Both the position numbers and the translations under genes were made by a program. From positions 124,001 through 188,000 of the forward strand of contig JAUGWO010000091.1 of NCBI GenBank assembly GCA_049724395.1: a DNA stretch of 64,000 nucleotides. The letters run 5' to 3'. A model generated the notes under the pieces. The model ran no database searches and had not been told where the DNA came from. It worked only from the letters and a program-made list of their open reading frames with translations. Positions 24,443 through 37,853 of the stretch are shown one piece after another; within the stretch, counting starts at the first letter, position 1; every line of letters starts with the position of its first letter. The stretch is from Spongospora subterranea f. sp. subterranea. Lineage: Eukaryota.

Positions 24443-24970
24443 GGCTGTATGCGGACACGGTCCCAGAATCGGCTAAAAACCCACGTTAGAACTCGGCGAA
24501 TAAATCGGCACGAGATGGCCATGTTTCCCCAACCTGATCCCCATTCGTGAATCGATTCAAGAGCGGTTTCCTGTCGGTATTGAGCGATCTTATCTCATGG
24601 TATAATGTCTGGAGCTCTCGTGTCAGATCAACCATCGACTGATCCGTTTCGGTTATGGTACCTGATTAACGATTGGGTCGTCGGGTACATCAATTAGAAA
24701 CGAATTAGCGTTGGCCGAGATACATAAAGGTACATGATCAATTAACGGAGAAAAATATAGGGAGTTCACCAACCGGTTTGTCGAATTTTGTTAATTTGTT
24801 TTCATTGTTCATTCACTTTGTCGAAATGAAGGTATGTACGGATGGCTACAATTCATCTCCATTCATTGACACTCTATATTGTGGGCATTGGCCGGAACGG
24901 AACCTTGAACGATTATGGTCTCGTCTAGAAAATGGCGCAACGAGCATGTGTATTATCACAGTAAGGTCGT

Positions 24971-26079
24971 TTAGCTTTGGGATCTGGGGTCTGATATTTG
25001 GGTAACAAATAGGCGATTATCCCATGCACACGTGGCGATCTGTCCCGGGACGAACAGATTGAAGGCGACACCCAGCGCGAATTCCGAATGGTGGTTGATC
25101 TGTTGAATAATGGGGTGATCTGGTGCTGATGGATCCCAGATACGAATGGAGGTGTCACTGATTCACAAACGGAAACAATTAGCAGATGAAGAAGCTGGCG
25201 ATAATCCTAACCGTACTATGAAGCCGATGCGATGATCGTCTCGTGATGTGGTGAGCATTTCACGCGTCGCACCGCAAATTCGTGCCCTTTTAAGGTCGCT
25301 AGCGTACGTTGCGTCCTGAGATCCCAAATACGGATGGAGCGATCGACAGATCCCGTTACGATCATGTTGGGGTTGTACTTGTTCCAATCGCAAGTTAACA
25401 CCTCATTGTCGTGCGCTTTGATGACCAGGGCTGGTTGAGGGCTCTGTTGATCCCAGATTCTCAGGGTTCCATCTCCAGCGGTGGAGGCGAACGACGACCC
25501 TCTATGTGGTGACCATTTTGTACTGTAAATACACCCAGTATGGCCAGAATATGTTCGGATCGATGACGAACGATCTGGGTGCCAAACCTAGACCAAAGAG
25601 TAAATATCGCCATCGTACAAGTAACGGGTGAATATAACGAGCCTTCGCCAGATGATCCCATGATCCGGATAAAAACACATCCTTCGACACGAGATTCCAA
25701 TCGCACGAGTAGATCTCGGCGGTGTGTTCGGTATATTGGCGAGGCGCCATCTGACCGGATATATCCCAAAGGCGCAACGATCCGTTGCCGCATCCCATTA
25801 GTACCCAGGATGGGTTCGATTCGCTCCAGCAGCAATCGTACAGGGTTTCGGTAGTATTGAGTGATGCCACAGTGTTCAGGCGTCCATCGAATAGGTCCAC
25901 CACATACTGCTTTCCGCCTCCGATTATCCCGAAATTCTGCCAGGAAAAATACAATTTAAACAAGTCAACCTGGGTTGGCCGTTAAAATCAACCTGAGACG
26001 TGGCGACCGCCATCCTATTTTGTAAAAATGGGCTCCATTCGACAGCATAGCCCATGCAATCTGTGGTCATGTAAGCCAT
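24971..26079 (-). CDS. PEX7: Peroxisomal targeting signal 2 receptor PEX7 (WD40), multi-exon
   Basis: GYAVEWSPF..RMAVATSQ/NFGIIGGGK, LYDCCWSE, EHTAEIYSCDWN, SGSWD, AHDNEVLTCDWNKYN, TGSVDRSIRIWDLR, GHEFAVRRVKCSPH, HHSEFALGVAFNLF. Confidence 0.95.
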
Positions 26080-28027
26080 GATTGTTGTGATGGCCAACGA
26101 CCAAGTGATTTGTCCACTTCCTCACTCTGTACACACTCAACACTATTGTGTACTATACCTATACTTTATAGTGCCGCACATAAAAAAGCACCAAAACATG
26201 ATAACCAACGTGTCGGGATACCATATCGCGGTGCTGTTCTGCCAACACCCATGATCATCTTCTTGGCGTAGCCGCCGCCGCCAGAATTGAAAACTGGGAA
26301 TAAATTATCGTTGGCTACTGATTATACAGGAAGAAATGAGGAATGGTATTGAGAGGGTATGAGGGTGAATGGGAGCGCGTTTCGTTCGCGTAGCTCTGCC
26401 TTATTGTCCAGCACATTGCAAGTCGCCATGTTCTATAGACTGTCTTTCCGCCACGACCAGGACGCCTTCATTTTTTTTAGTGATCGGTTTTTGAGGACGG
26501 TGAACTGCGACATCGATACGTTTGGCGAACAGTATTTACGCCATCAAACGGAGGATAACTCATGCGGTAGTTGGTAATAACCGAAAATCGGCGAAGTTCC
26601 AATGATTATAGAATCTATTGACTGAATGCACTGAGGACGAAAGTTCTGCCCCCAGCGACTTACATCTCCAGACCTTGAACACCCATACGACGAGCGTGTG
26701 AAGATGGCGCTGCAAATTTAATTGAGATGACGCTTCCAATTTCTGGTGCATGCTATTATCTGTTGAAGCCTCGATCACCGAATTAGTCGAAAACTAGTCG
26801 TGGCATCCCCATTCAAGACAATCATCTAGCGTCCGTGCTGACCATCAGTACTATTGCTCTTCTTAACGACGAAATAAATCTTCTAGACCGATGGGGCACC
26901 GTGGCTTTACAGCCTTTCGCTAACCACGTCGAACTAATTCAGTACAGTACGCCTGAAAAAACTCCAACCGGCGGAGAGCGAAGCAGGAACGGAAAAACTG
27001 GATTTTTTGCACTCAGATCAGTGTTCGGTAGAGCGTCGAAGAGAAATTGAATCGAGAATTAGCCATTACTGGTGGTGAAGACCATTGCCAGAAATTGTTT
27101 TCGGCATTTTGAATAGAGCAGTGATAGGATGACGACGAATAAGAAAAAATAAATCAAACGACCCTAACCCTGTTAAAGAATGCCTCAGCGCTGTTTATTG
27201 AGCCTATTTTCTGTCGTATATGCCTCCCTCGGCCAGGCATGACTCACATCAAATGGCGGTTCGTACCATTGGCTACACGCTACAGCCTACAGATCGCAAA
27301 TAGCCAACGCCATGCACAACGTCCGGTTGGGAACTTGGACTGAACTTGGGTTCGCGCTGCAGTCTGGGGGTGTACCGTAACAGACAAGCGCAGCCAACCC
27401 ACCAGTAAGCGCATCCTACATGGTACAGTATACTGTACACAGACCTTTTCAGTATTTCCGCTTGGAACGGTACACTGCGGACTTCTCCAGGGTTTTGACT
27501 TTTGACAGAAAAACGTCCTGGGTACAGTACACCCAACGCAAGGGTGTTGCATGCCGCGAATATTGTCTGGCATCTGCGATGTCTCTTGGGCGCCGCGAAT
27601 GCGATTAACAATTTGCCTAAGTACAATCACTGTGTACACGGTCCTTACATGCTGGTTTGTCGTCCATCTATCCAGGCAGATACCTGCAGTTGCGCCATCT
27701 TTACAGGAACTCGAACTTACAGGGCCTGTGAGATGTTTTCTGTTGCTTCTATTTGAACCAACTTAGTTGTTTGCTTGTTTCTTCTGTTCGTTCGGTGTTC
27801 GGAAATACAGAATGTGGCAGTGTTATTGTTTCGATTGTTCTCTTTAGTTTCTTTTGTGCTGATTGTCTGAAAAGTACTGGCTGTCAACTTTCGCCCGAAT
27901 CGGATAATTAACATCTTATTGGCAAAAAATTGTTGGTTGTGTTTGGGAAGAAACCCCTTGGTTTAAATAGTAAAAATTTGGTTTTATTGGTTCATGCGAA
28001 TATATAGCTAACACTTTCTCTTGGTAG

Positions 28028-29047
28028 GAGTTTCCTACGTGGATCGGTGATTACGCCAAATTTCATGCCGACGAATCCACTGATAGGTATCTGATATGGG
28101 CGTGCATGAACGGGGAAAGCTGTGGTGGGATTGGAGATCGAACTCGGGGGATTGTAACGAGTTTTTTTCTGGCTATTGCCACCAATCGTAAATTGCTCAT
28201 TTACAATAACAGCCCAGCCGACTTGATCGATATTCTCACTCCGGCTCATATTGATTGGACATCCAATGCCAAATCCGAATACTTGTCGGCAAAAGTCACA
28301 ATCAACTCAATGGATCACATCAGCGACAAACTGTTTGAATTGTCGTCTCCGGAGATGGATCAAGTTCGTTCGATAGTCATCAAAACCAATTACCCGGTAT
28401 GGGTGCAGATCATGAACTCGAAATTATATCAAAATAGACTTGAACAACTAGGAATCCCATACGGGAACTGGACTCAACCGACGGCTGAAATTTTGTTCAC
28501 GTGGGCCTGGAATTTTTTAATGAAACCTTCCAAAACACTCGTCGAAGCAATCCAGGTTAAGAAAGAGAGAGCTGGGTTGGCGCCTAATAGTCAGTTCATT
28601 GCCGTTCATATCAGAGCAGGGGGACATTGGGGTGATCCCGGACGACATAATGGCGCCAGAGTTGTCGACGATTTCGCTCAATGTGTGTCAGAGATGCGAC
28701 AAGAAGTTGGCGACCTTCCTGTCTATGTTGCGTCTGACGACACCGGAATAAAGGCGTCGTTCAGCCATCGAGTTTCTAACGTCGGTTTCGATGGCGTCGC
28801 GTCTCCTTTCCATGTCGATCGGAGCGAGCATGTGGCGGTTATTGAGGGCCATCTAGGATCGTGGGCTGAATTTTATCTACAGTCGGAGTCGGTATGCTCA
28901 GTAATATCAGTTAGCGGCTTTTCGCAATGGCCTGTTGCCATCTCAAGGGATCTACTGACCGGAGCGAGATGTTTTGCAAGATTTGATCAGTGCTCACGTG
29001 AGATGATTCAACGGTCTATGCGAGATATAATTGCTGTCAGAGACTGA
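28028..29047 (+). CDS. Fucosyltransferase-like glycosyltransferase (GT11/GT23/GT37-type fold); 5' exon unresolved
   Basis: CGGIGDRTRGIVTSFFLAIATNRKLLI, FIAVHIRAG, VYVASDD, SGFSQW are typical GDP-fucose-binding motifs; single long exon opening after an AG at ~28027. Confidence 0.75.
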   Translation, partial: EFPTWIGDYAKFHADESTDRYLIWACMNGESCGGIGDRTRGIVTSFFLAIATNRKLLIYNNSPADLIDILTPAHIDWTSNAKSEYLSAKVTINSMDHISDKLFELSSPEMDQVRSIVIKTNYPVWVQIMNSKLYQNRLEQLGIPYGNWTQPTAEILFTWAWNFLMKPSKTLVEAIQVKKERAGLAPNSQFIAVHIRAGGHWGDPGRHNGARVVDDFAQCVSEMRQEVGDLPVYVASDDTGIKASFSHRVSNVGFDGVASPFHVDRSEHVAVIEGHLGSWAEFYLQSESVCSVISVSGFSQWPVAISRDLLTGARCFARFDQCSREMIQRSMRDIIAVRD

Positions 29048-29534
29048 TGAAAGTCTTCCTAATTAACCATAACAACAAGCTTATTTAACCCATTTAAATT
29101 GTCATAACGTCGTTGTGCGATTCCAGTTAATAGCTTTAACGGGTATTTGCCTAACGGACCAAGCATTGATTTTTGTCCAGTAGACATCGAATTGTACCAT
29201 GGTCCCACCCAGGGTCGATACGTCAGCTTGCGGGATTAGATAAGCTGTCCAGAGGTGGAGCTGGACCATATTTAAGTAAACCGTTTCCTTTGACTTGCGA
29301 TCGCGTTGCACATGCAGGATCAAACGCCGACCGAAAGCAGACACAAACCTATGGCCAAGAAACCGGAATAATTGCATTTCCTTTCATCCAGACACCCACT
29401 TGCTGCTCCATGACATGATCACGCGGCCACGCCCACGGTCCAATGTCCATGCAAAATGGACTCTGAACTGTACATTTGTGACTTGTCTCTCTGATGTGGC
29501 GCACTGTACACATGATATTGGCGGGTCATTACCA

Positions 29535-32500
29535 ATGATTGATATGGTCACGACGGATGCAGATATTGAGACTTTTCCGGAAGCTGAACCCGACATGTCG
29601 TCAGTATCTCGCCGGGCGACGAGGGAAAAGCTGGTCGCGCGGGTTAGAATATTATTGTCAATTCGTGGAACAGGTTACTTAATAGAGTTATCGGTGTTCG
29701 GTTCAGTCGCCAGCTTTGTTTGAAAGGTCACGCACAGCAGCGGCCATGCACTTAGAACGACGAGCCTCATTTCATGTTGGAAGAGAACATTCGAAATCAT
29801 CTTCGTCAGAGAATATGGTCACTATTTTAAACGAAAAACTGCTGCAGCTGAACCAGAACCTGTACCAAAATATGATGGGTCTCATATCTACAAATTGACG
29901 AACTTACATAGGCACAAATTAGAAAACGAAAGAAACTCATTGCAAGCTATCGTTGAAACGTTGACGATGGCGCAAAAAGAACGGTTGCAGGCTGACAATC
30001 AGCGACTGTACAATGCTGTGCAAGACGCCGAAGATAATGTCAGGAAAGTGATTAGGGCTGTTCAGGAAATCTTACCGTCGCAAACCAGCTTGCCGCCGCA
30101 CAGCTCGACATCGAGATATTAAAAGAGCAAAGAGAATGCTCAGACGATCGTATTACGTCGTCCCTGGACGAAGAAAAAAGGTTAAAGTTTCGTCATCACG
30201 TAAACAATTTGAAAAATTTGATATTTTCTCAGGTGCTCGCCTGTGTTGAGATTTATCTTGGTCACGAAACTCACATGCTATGGCTTAGAGAGGCTGTTGA
30301 AATGGTAAGGGCCAATTCTGAGCTCACTGAAATGGTTTCCAAGCTGTCCAAATATGTAATGACGATGCAATGTAAATATTCCGATGTCAGCAAGGTCGGT
30401 GATCCTTATACTTCCGCCGTTGCATTGGATAACTTGATCATTAGGAATTAGTCAATGAGCGTGAGCAGTGCAGCCAATTACAAACTCGACGACTCGAGCT
30501 GGAGCAGCTATTAGACCAGACTTCGCGCTCTGCTGCGCCTTCAAAGAGCGACGTTGCTTTGGAGCTTGAGATTCGCATTCTCGATAAAGAAATCGAGAAC
30601 AATCGTGATGATATTCAGTATTATGCGTACCTTGTTGTCATTCAAGTTGCGTCCAAACCATTTTATTTCAGATACCTTGAAATGTTAACGCAAACGCAAG
30701 CTGACGTTGAGCAAATGCATATAGAGCTCGCTACTGAACTACAGTCAGAGTTAGATGAAAAGGTATTACAGATGCTTTACCAGATGGGTTATGTCAAGGT
30801 TTTTCAGGACTCAGAAATATCGACACTCTATCATACGCTTCGTACATTACAACAACTTATTTATAAACTGCACTCAGAGGCGCAAAGATCTCGAGAACTA
30901 GTTGGTATTTTACAAAAAGAGAATTCTGTAAGATCACTCTCAGACCTCAGTAATACAGTAGACCGCATATGGTTTACTTAACAATTCGTAGGAATTGCTA
31001 AACTCAGTCCAGCAGCTGGAAGATCATCGGTCAGAATTACATCGTCGATCAAGGGACCAATCGAGCTGCAACCTGCATTTTATCTCGATTGTTACAAAAA
31101 GCGCGGTATGCCGAGGTCGAGCATGATCTTCGTGAGCTGCAAAATATTCAATCCCAGCATCGCCTCGCTCAGGCCCTGGTAATTTATTTCTATTCCCCGT
31201 TGCATCAACCCATGGCGTTTCGTAGCAACGGTTGCCATCGAGCTTTTCTGCAACCGAAAACGAATCAGCGTACGAATTATTATTGCTGCTGCATCGGCTG
31301 ATGTTCAAGTCTCGGTAATCAAATTGAACAATTGTTTATTTCTCTGGGGTTCATCTTGCGCCAAGTCTCATTGTACGCCTGCTGGATGAGTATCTCTCCG
31401 GATCAGACTCCAATGTTCCTGAATTCCGAATAGGGTAATTAGTAGATGTTGTCACGCGATACTGCCTCATACCCTCGACAGGTGTGAATGCGCCATATCA
31501 TGCTCAACCATTGGCTCTGCAGCTCATGACGCTATTATTCTTCTGTCAACGATGCCTGTTGACCAATATCTTGGCACTGTATTCTTTCCTCGCTTTTCGC
31601 CGCAAGAATGAATGACATTTGCTCCGCTTAGGGCTCATTGTGTGGCGACGTTCTTTCTTGCGAAGACTGTTTGGACTATTTGTTACGATTATTGGCCGCT
31701 GATGTGTTCACCTGTGACGTGGATATCTCTCGACTTCAGAAATCATCGGAGTTACTCCTTGTAACAGCTTCTCGTTTTCTAGACATTTTTCTCATTGACC
31801 CCGTTTAGGAACTCGTAGCACAATGTGGGGATAACAAGGAGGCAGTTTCTGGCCATGCTGAGCATCATACTGTGCACACCCTTAGCCGAATTTATTTCCA
31901 GAACCTTGAACAAAGCTTTCTTTGGAATCATATCCGCTCGCAGATTTGCTCGTGTAAGTTTTTTCATTTATCGTTGATTGTTTTGAAGTTTACTGGGCTT
32001 GATGCAAACAGCAATACGAGAAGACGAGGAGACCTGGCGTGTTACGGTTGCCGCACCAGTCGAAAATATGTTCGCTGCACACAGTAGAGCGCGCGCTACT
32101 TGCCGTAGCGCTTTTCAGAATGCAGAAACCGGGCTCTTGATCGAACCACGATATTTTCATCTGCTCGAAGAAGCGACCAATTTGTCCTCTAGTGCTCATA
32201 GCCATGCTCTTCAATTCGCAAATAAGGTTTCGACAAAATGGTTCGGGGGTTATTTAGCTCTGACACCTGAACAGCTTGACATCGACTCGTCGTTGGAGAA
32301 AATTCAGGAAGACGTTCGGGAACACCACGATTTTATATTATCATCCCTCAGGTCAAGAAAACGTATAATTATTTGGAGTAACGTCTAAATCCTGTATAGT
32401 CGTGTTCGCTCTTTAATTTCCCAATTGACCGATGCATTTATCAAAGATACTTCACGACCGGATCATTATCAGATGTATTTCGCGGGCGATAATTGCAGGT

Positions 32501-33447
32501 TACCAAACAAGTGTTTATTCAAAACAACTTTTAATTTTTCAGTTGTGCAGTTCGCCTCCTTGGGTTCAATGCGTTCGGCAGTGTCGCGAACAGCTTCAAC
32601 GATCCGAAACAATGTCTTTGGTATGCATATGCTTTTGTTCCATGGAAAATATAACGGTGTAGCGCAGGAATTGGAAGAGCTATCGGCTCAACTTCGAACC
32701 TGTCAAAATGAATGTGAACGTCGTACAACCGAGCTGTCAGCCGAGTCGGCTAAGGCGCGAGCATTTTCCGATAAACTTGTTGCAATGCAGCACCGTGAAC
32801 GAATGTACATCGAACAACTGGCTACTCTGGAGAAAGATAGGAAATCAGATCTCGTGCACATTAAGGCTGCCCCTACTGGAACCCTCACCGCTGCATTAGA
32901 CCATCAACAAATTTACTCGAACCAGGTCACACCACATTGCGCTGTGTGGCGGTTAAACTGTTTTGACTATTCTATATTCTTGTATTTAAAAACCAGGTTG
33001 TGGGGTGACTGATAATGGATTCGCATAGGACGAATCGCTGATAATCACGCGACTAAGACGTTCGTTGCAAATAACTCGAGATAAACTTATCCGGGAGCGT
33101 AATTCTGTTTCATTGTCTAATCTGCAACGACGCTTGCCCGCTTTGCAACTACAATCGCCAAGGTACCCTGATAAAGTCTTACTCAAATAAATGGTTGACC
33201 ATAGCGTTACAGCTCGAACGAACTTCATCAAGCAATAACGCAAGTGTCATGTCGGGCGTTACACCTGCTCTGCGCTCCCGTTCTGGTATCATTAAGCCAT
33301 CCCGGCGAACAGACCAGGCGCCGGGACTCGCATTATCGTCAGCTCAACGACGTACATACTCAAGCTTTTGCTCTAAAAAAACGCATACAAATTAATAATC
33401 ACCTTGCGCAATGGCGTGCTGTTGAAGACCAACGACTGGTTTCTTAA
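29535..33447 (+). CDS. Large multi-exon hypothetical coiled-coil protein (possibly two genes)
   Basis: Chain of heptad-rich exons separated by ~50-nt GT-AG introns (KLENERNSLQAIVETL, LELEIRILDKEIENNR, AQELEELSAQLRTCQNECERR); no family recognised. Confidence 0.5.
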
Positions 33448-34211
33448 ATCCCGTCATCATATTTACCACCAACTATATTATAAATACTATTTCTTTAGCC
33501 TCGATTGTTTAGTTAGAAATCTGGCCCTTCCTCCCCCTGACGTGCCTAGTTTTTTTTGCATAGGCCGCAACAAAGGAAAATGTGAACAATTTTTTGTTAT
33601 GGTGGCGAAAATGCTGTAGGGCAGAGCAATGAAGCTTGTCATTTAAGGACAGACTTGGAACCCGATGAAATCCATCCCAAGTGGGGCCAGGGCTGTTGCC
33701 GGTTCGAGGGTCGCTGCAATTGCTAGAAAAGTATTGGTTGAACTGTACCGCCCACGCTTTCATCATCCAGAGTGCAGCGCGATGAATAAATACTTCTGCT
33801 CTGTGGTGCGCTGCCATCGCCGCAAAGAAGACAAGACCCCAGCCAGGAACCTTCTCTGTTCCAATTCATTATACGCTCGATCAGGACCATCTAGAAGTGG
33901 CGTCGATCATCATTTCTGGTATGGTCTGTAAATTAAAGAACCATCATCCCGCCTTCGCTTCCAGCTCGTTTTTAACATGTCGGATCAGTACCTTTTTCCA
34001 TGACAAGGGAACTTGTTCGCATATTCACCTTGATCAGGAATAATCTGGACAGGAAAATCTACTCAGGTGACAGACTTTGTATTGCTCGCGTTATTCCTCG
34101 GGTTTGTCCATCACAATTTCGCACATTAGCTAACCACACTGATAAAGGCATAGTGTTGACGGAAATGCACGTCCAGAGTGTTTATGCATTATCGACAACG
34201 AGATCAGTAAA

Positions 34212-34694
34212 TTACAGATCCACTGTTTTCTTGATAACATACCAATCTGTCATATCAGCTACTATCGCAGCCCTAATTGTCAATTTCCCGTTCCCATTGC
34301 TCGACGGCACCCATACAAAAGAAGTCTGTCCCGATTTTGGTGTCGTATCCACCTGGGTGATTGTGGTTCCGTCATTGCATTTGTCATTTCCGACGTTCTT
34401 GAGATAATCTTCCTTCTCGAACGACCCGATTCTGTTCTGATTTTCGTCCTCGACATAGAGCAGAAATCCGATGTAAGGCGCCTCACGATCCTTTCGATTT
34501 TCGAGGCGAATTACGAAGTTCCCGTCTTGACGTTTAGCCACAATTCGCCATGTGGACGTCGGATTGTTCTTTGCCAACGACATCTTCTGCAATTGCTCGA
34601 CCGTGGCGTCACATATTGGCGATCCATCGGGGTTTGCGACAACGACAGCAGCCAGCGCCGACGCTAATAATAATAAAGTTATTAACTGTTTCAT
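34212..34694 (-). CDS. Secreted Reeler-domain protein, intronless
   Basis: Signal peptide; NPDGSPIC; YIGFLLYVED..RIGSF; C..TITQ..TPK..FVWVPS..LTIRAAIV..WY matches the Reeler pattern. Confidence 0.8.
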   Translation of the reverse strand: MKQLITLLLLASALAAVVVANPDGSPICDATVEQLQKMSLAKNNPTSTWRIVAKRQDGNFVIRLENRKDREAPYIGFLLYVEDENQNRIGSFEKEDYLKNVGNDKCNDGTTITQVDTTPKSGQTSFVWVPSSNGNGKLTIRAAIVADMTDWYVIKKTVDL

Positions 34695-34999
34695 CGATTT
34701 ACGTTAATCCGATATTCCAATGAACACGTTCTAGCAAATGACTCAGTTTACCCCAGTTGACTCATCTGGCAAAACCACTTAAAAACCGCAAATTTTAGGC
34801 ATGATCGAGAAATGGTTGCATCCTTGCGAGACTGCATTCGATGGATGTCCACGTCCAAGTTGTGCACTGTTTGATCGAGTTGCGACTTCTCGTTGTCTAG
34901 TGTCGGGTAGGCGTACCTCGATCGGATTGGCTCTGGAAACTTCCTGTCGGTGAATGGGAAACCGCCCTGGTCAATCAACCACCACTGGCTAGTTGGAAC

Positions 35000-36191
35000 A
35001 TGACGGGTGCGATGGCACATGTACGCCCGGCCGACACGCCGTTCAAGCAGCAGCGTTTGCAGGCCTGGCAGCCGATCTTAACGCCAAAGTGGGTCATCAT
35101 AACGTTCACGACAATCGGAGTGCTGTTCATACCGATCGGATTCGTGGTCCTATCCATATCAAACTCGGTTGTGGAAATAGTTTACCGATACGATGATATC
35201 TGCCCTCCACCGCCATCTGATTGTGTTGTCAATATCCAAATACCCATCGCCATGACCCCACCGATATACTTCTATTATCAGCTCACGAATTTTTATCAGA
35301 ATCATCGACGATACGTGAAATCAAGTACCTAATTGTTTGTTCGTGAATGTCACGAGGTCTGATTTAACCGCTGCTTAGGGAGCGATGCACAATTACGAGG
35401 AGTTGGGGATTTATCACAAGCGGACCTAGCCGCGTGCGATCCGCTGATCTACTCCCCGGCCGACCCCACCAAGATCTTGTATCCTTGTGGACTCATCGCC
35501 AACTCGTTCTTCACCGACCAGTTCAACGCGTCTCTGTTCTCGCCTGATGGACAGGAAGAAATTCTGGCCGGCGCCAATTGGAATAAGAAGGGCATTGCTT
35601 GGGCAACTGATGTTCAACAAAAATTCAAAAAACCAAGACGAAATTACGATGGCGTCACAAGGTGGGAACATTGTTTTTGTACTTACAAATTGGAGATCGA
35701 ACAGATTGCACCTGTAAACAGATTTTCTGTGCCTTCGACATGTTTAACTTTGTTGAATGTTTAGGCTGACGACGCGCCCGGGAATCCCAGGGACAGTATT
35801 GATACCGGAGGTGACTGATGAGGAGTTCATCGTCTGGATGAGAACAGCAGGGATGCCAACATTCAAGAAGTTGAACAGGATCGTCGCCGAGAAGGAATTT
35901 CCTGCTGGATATCAGCTCGAATTGAGAGTCAACAACCAGTTCCCGGTTAGCGGGTTTAATGGGGAAAAAGCGGTGGTGTTTTCGACAATGTCGATTCTTG
36001 GTGGGAAAAACCCGTTCTTGGGCTATGCCTATATAACGGTAGGATCGGCGTGCCTGATCTTGGCGGTGTTGTTCTTGGCCAAACACTCGCACTCGCCGAG
36101 GACGTTGGGCGATATGACATACTTCCAATGGAATCAAGGGGATAGGCGAATTCATGTGGTTGACAATGGATCGGCATCCCATTGCCGCTAA
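35000..36191 (+). CDS. CDC50: CDC50/LEM3 family P4-ATPase flippase beta subunit, 3 exons
   Basis: RPADTPFKQQRLQAWQPILTP, YFYYQLTNFYQNHRRYVKS/RSDAQLRG, PCGLIANSFF, EEFIVWMRTAGMPTFKKL, LGGKNPFLGYAY; two TM segments. Confidence 0.95.
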
Positions 36192-36298
36192 GGATTTCGA
36201 TGATAAATAAAACCTGAAAATATGTAGCCGATAGCACAGGGAGGACTGGATAATCACGGTTGTATTGTGTTTGAACATTGAATTAACGAGAACAGAAA

Positions 36299-37853
36299 TC
36301 ACCAAAACTTGAGGCTAATGTTGAAATAGTTCATTAATGCTGCTATACTGCTGACAAGAAGAATGTAAAATGTCATGATTATCACTGACATGGCGTCTTT
36401 AGCATACAAAGTCTGCATTGTTAGATTGACTGCTCCCGTTGCGAGATTGGCGCCTAGAAATATGAATAGTTGATTTTTTGCAATCCCCGACAAAATCGGT
36501 TTGAAGTCGTTCTCATGGCTTGATACAAGATCATATGACAACAGAATTGCTAATGCACCAGTACAAAAGGACACAGTCCAGATAACGAAGGGAAAATTTG
36601 TAAAACGTCTCGACACTGAATCAGTTCCTAAAAGTGTTACTAAGAGAAAACACAGCGAGGAGCATGTTGCCAACGTAAGTACTGTGAGCCACCACGAGCG
36701 AATGCTTTTTTGATGTAGGAATCGCGCGCCAATATCGACCCTACGGCAAAGTCAACACTGGAAGGGATTAATACTCATAATCTAACATACCCAATAAGAT
36801 AAATAGAGAAATATCCAAACGAGCTGAAGATGCCTTCGCGATTCGCCGAAAACAGTGTTGCTCGTGGCGAGTTGAGGAGAAAATCCATGTGTTGGGACAT
36901 GACAAATTGAGAGATCCCTGAGACGACCAACGCACATCCCAACACCGAAATTCTTTTGATAACAGGATGCAGCACGTGGGACATCAAAGACGTTGCGGTT
37001 AATGTGAAGAAGAAATTCCCTAAACTCGATCAGATCGTTTTCTAATGTACATTAAATGGATATCTTACAATGAACCCCATATTCTGAGACGTGGGTTTGA
37101 TAGTCTACAGCCGAAACAGATGCGTATCGCACAACCCCCAATATTAGCATAGGCGAAGTCGATTTGACCACTGAAAGAAATGACGACCGAGTTTGATATC
37201 TGGACTGTTTCGAGACCAGTCCACTGGAAAAAACCACGAATCCCACTCCCGTATCCATCAGCGACGTGCCGAAAGTCTCTGTTTTAACAAATCGTCGTGG
37301 AAATAAAGGGAAATCAACGGCTAGAATCGCGCAGCATGTGCAAACCATAAACGCAGAACGAAACCATGTTACGAATCGAAGACGCGGGCTGTTCATCGCT
37401 TTCTGAAGCGCCACAGTAGATGTTGAATCTGATATGAATAGAAAGCTGCTGGCGGAAATCACTAGTTGACTGATGAATATCGTGGCAAGATATTCAGGAT
37501 AGAGCATGGAGATGACGATTACGCATGGACACATAAGGAACTCGAGAAAAAAGTCAAAGATATGCAGAAACTGTGAGGGCCTTTTCTGACGAAAAATCGA
37601 TGAACGGAGACTATGATGGGAGATGATTGACGTCTGCAATGAGTATTAAACTTATCGTCAATACCAGGAGAGGAAAAATCGAGCTGAGGCGAAAACAATA
37701 AAATATCACGTAACAAGGACAACGAACTATGATTAATCAGTGTTTCCTTCTAACCGCGACGATGAGACAAAGCAAGGTGACTTCGATAAGAGCGCATCCA
37801 GACGATTCCGACACAAATCGCTCCTTCTGTAGTTTGTACTGTTCCGAACCCAT
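36299..37853 (-). CDS. PIGW: GPI inositol acyltransferase PIG-W/GWT1, multi-exon
   Basis: YKLQKERFVS, CAILAVDFPLFPRRFVKTETFGTSLMDTGVG, YQTHVSEYGVH/WNFF, ANREGIFSSFGY, VSRRFTNFPFV, NQLFIFLGANLATGAVN, LKFW*. Confidence 0.95.

Noticed and set aside
26350..27150. Possible hAT transposase relic (EINLLDRW..ALQPF)
   Set aside because: Only one weak motif amid many stops; not enough to call.
27161..27170. Telomere-like CCCTAACCC
   Set aside because: Fewer than two units; chance occurrence.
33600..33931. Separate small gene downstream of the coiled-coil gene
   Set aside because: 88-aa ORF without recognisable features; cannot be supported without expression data.
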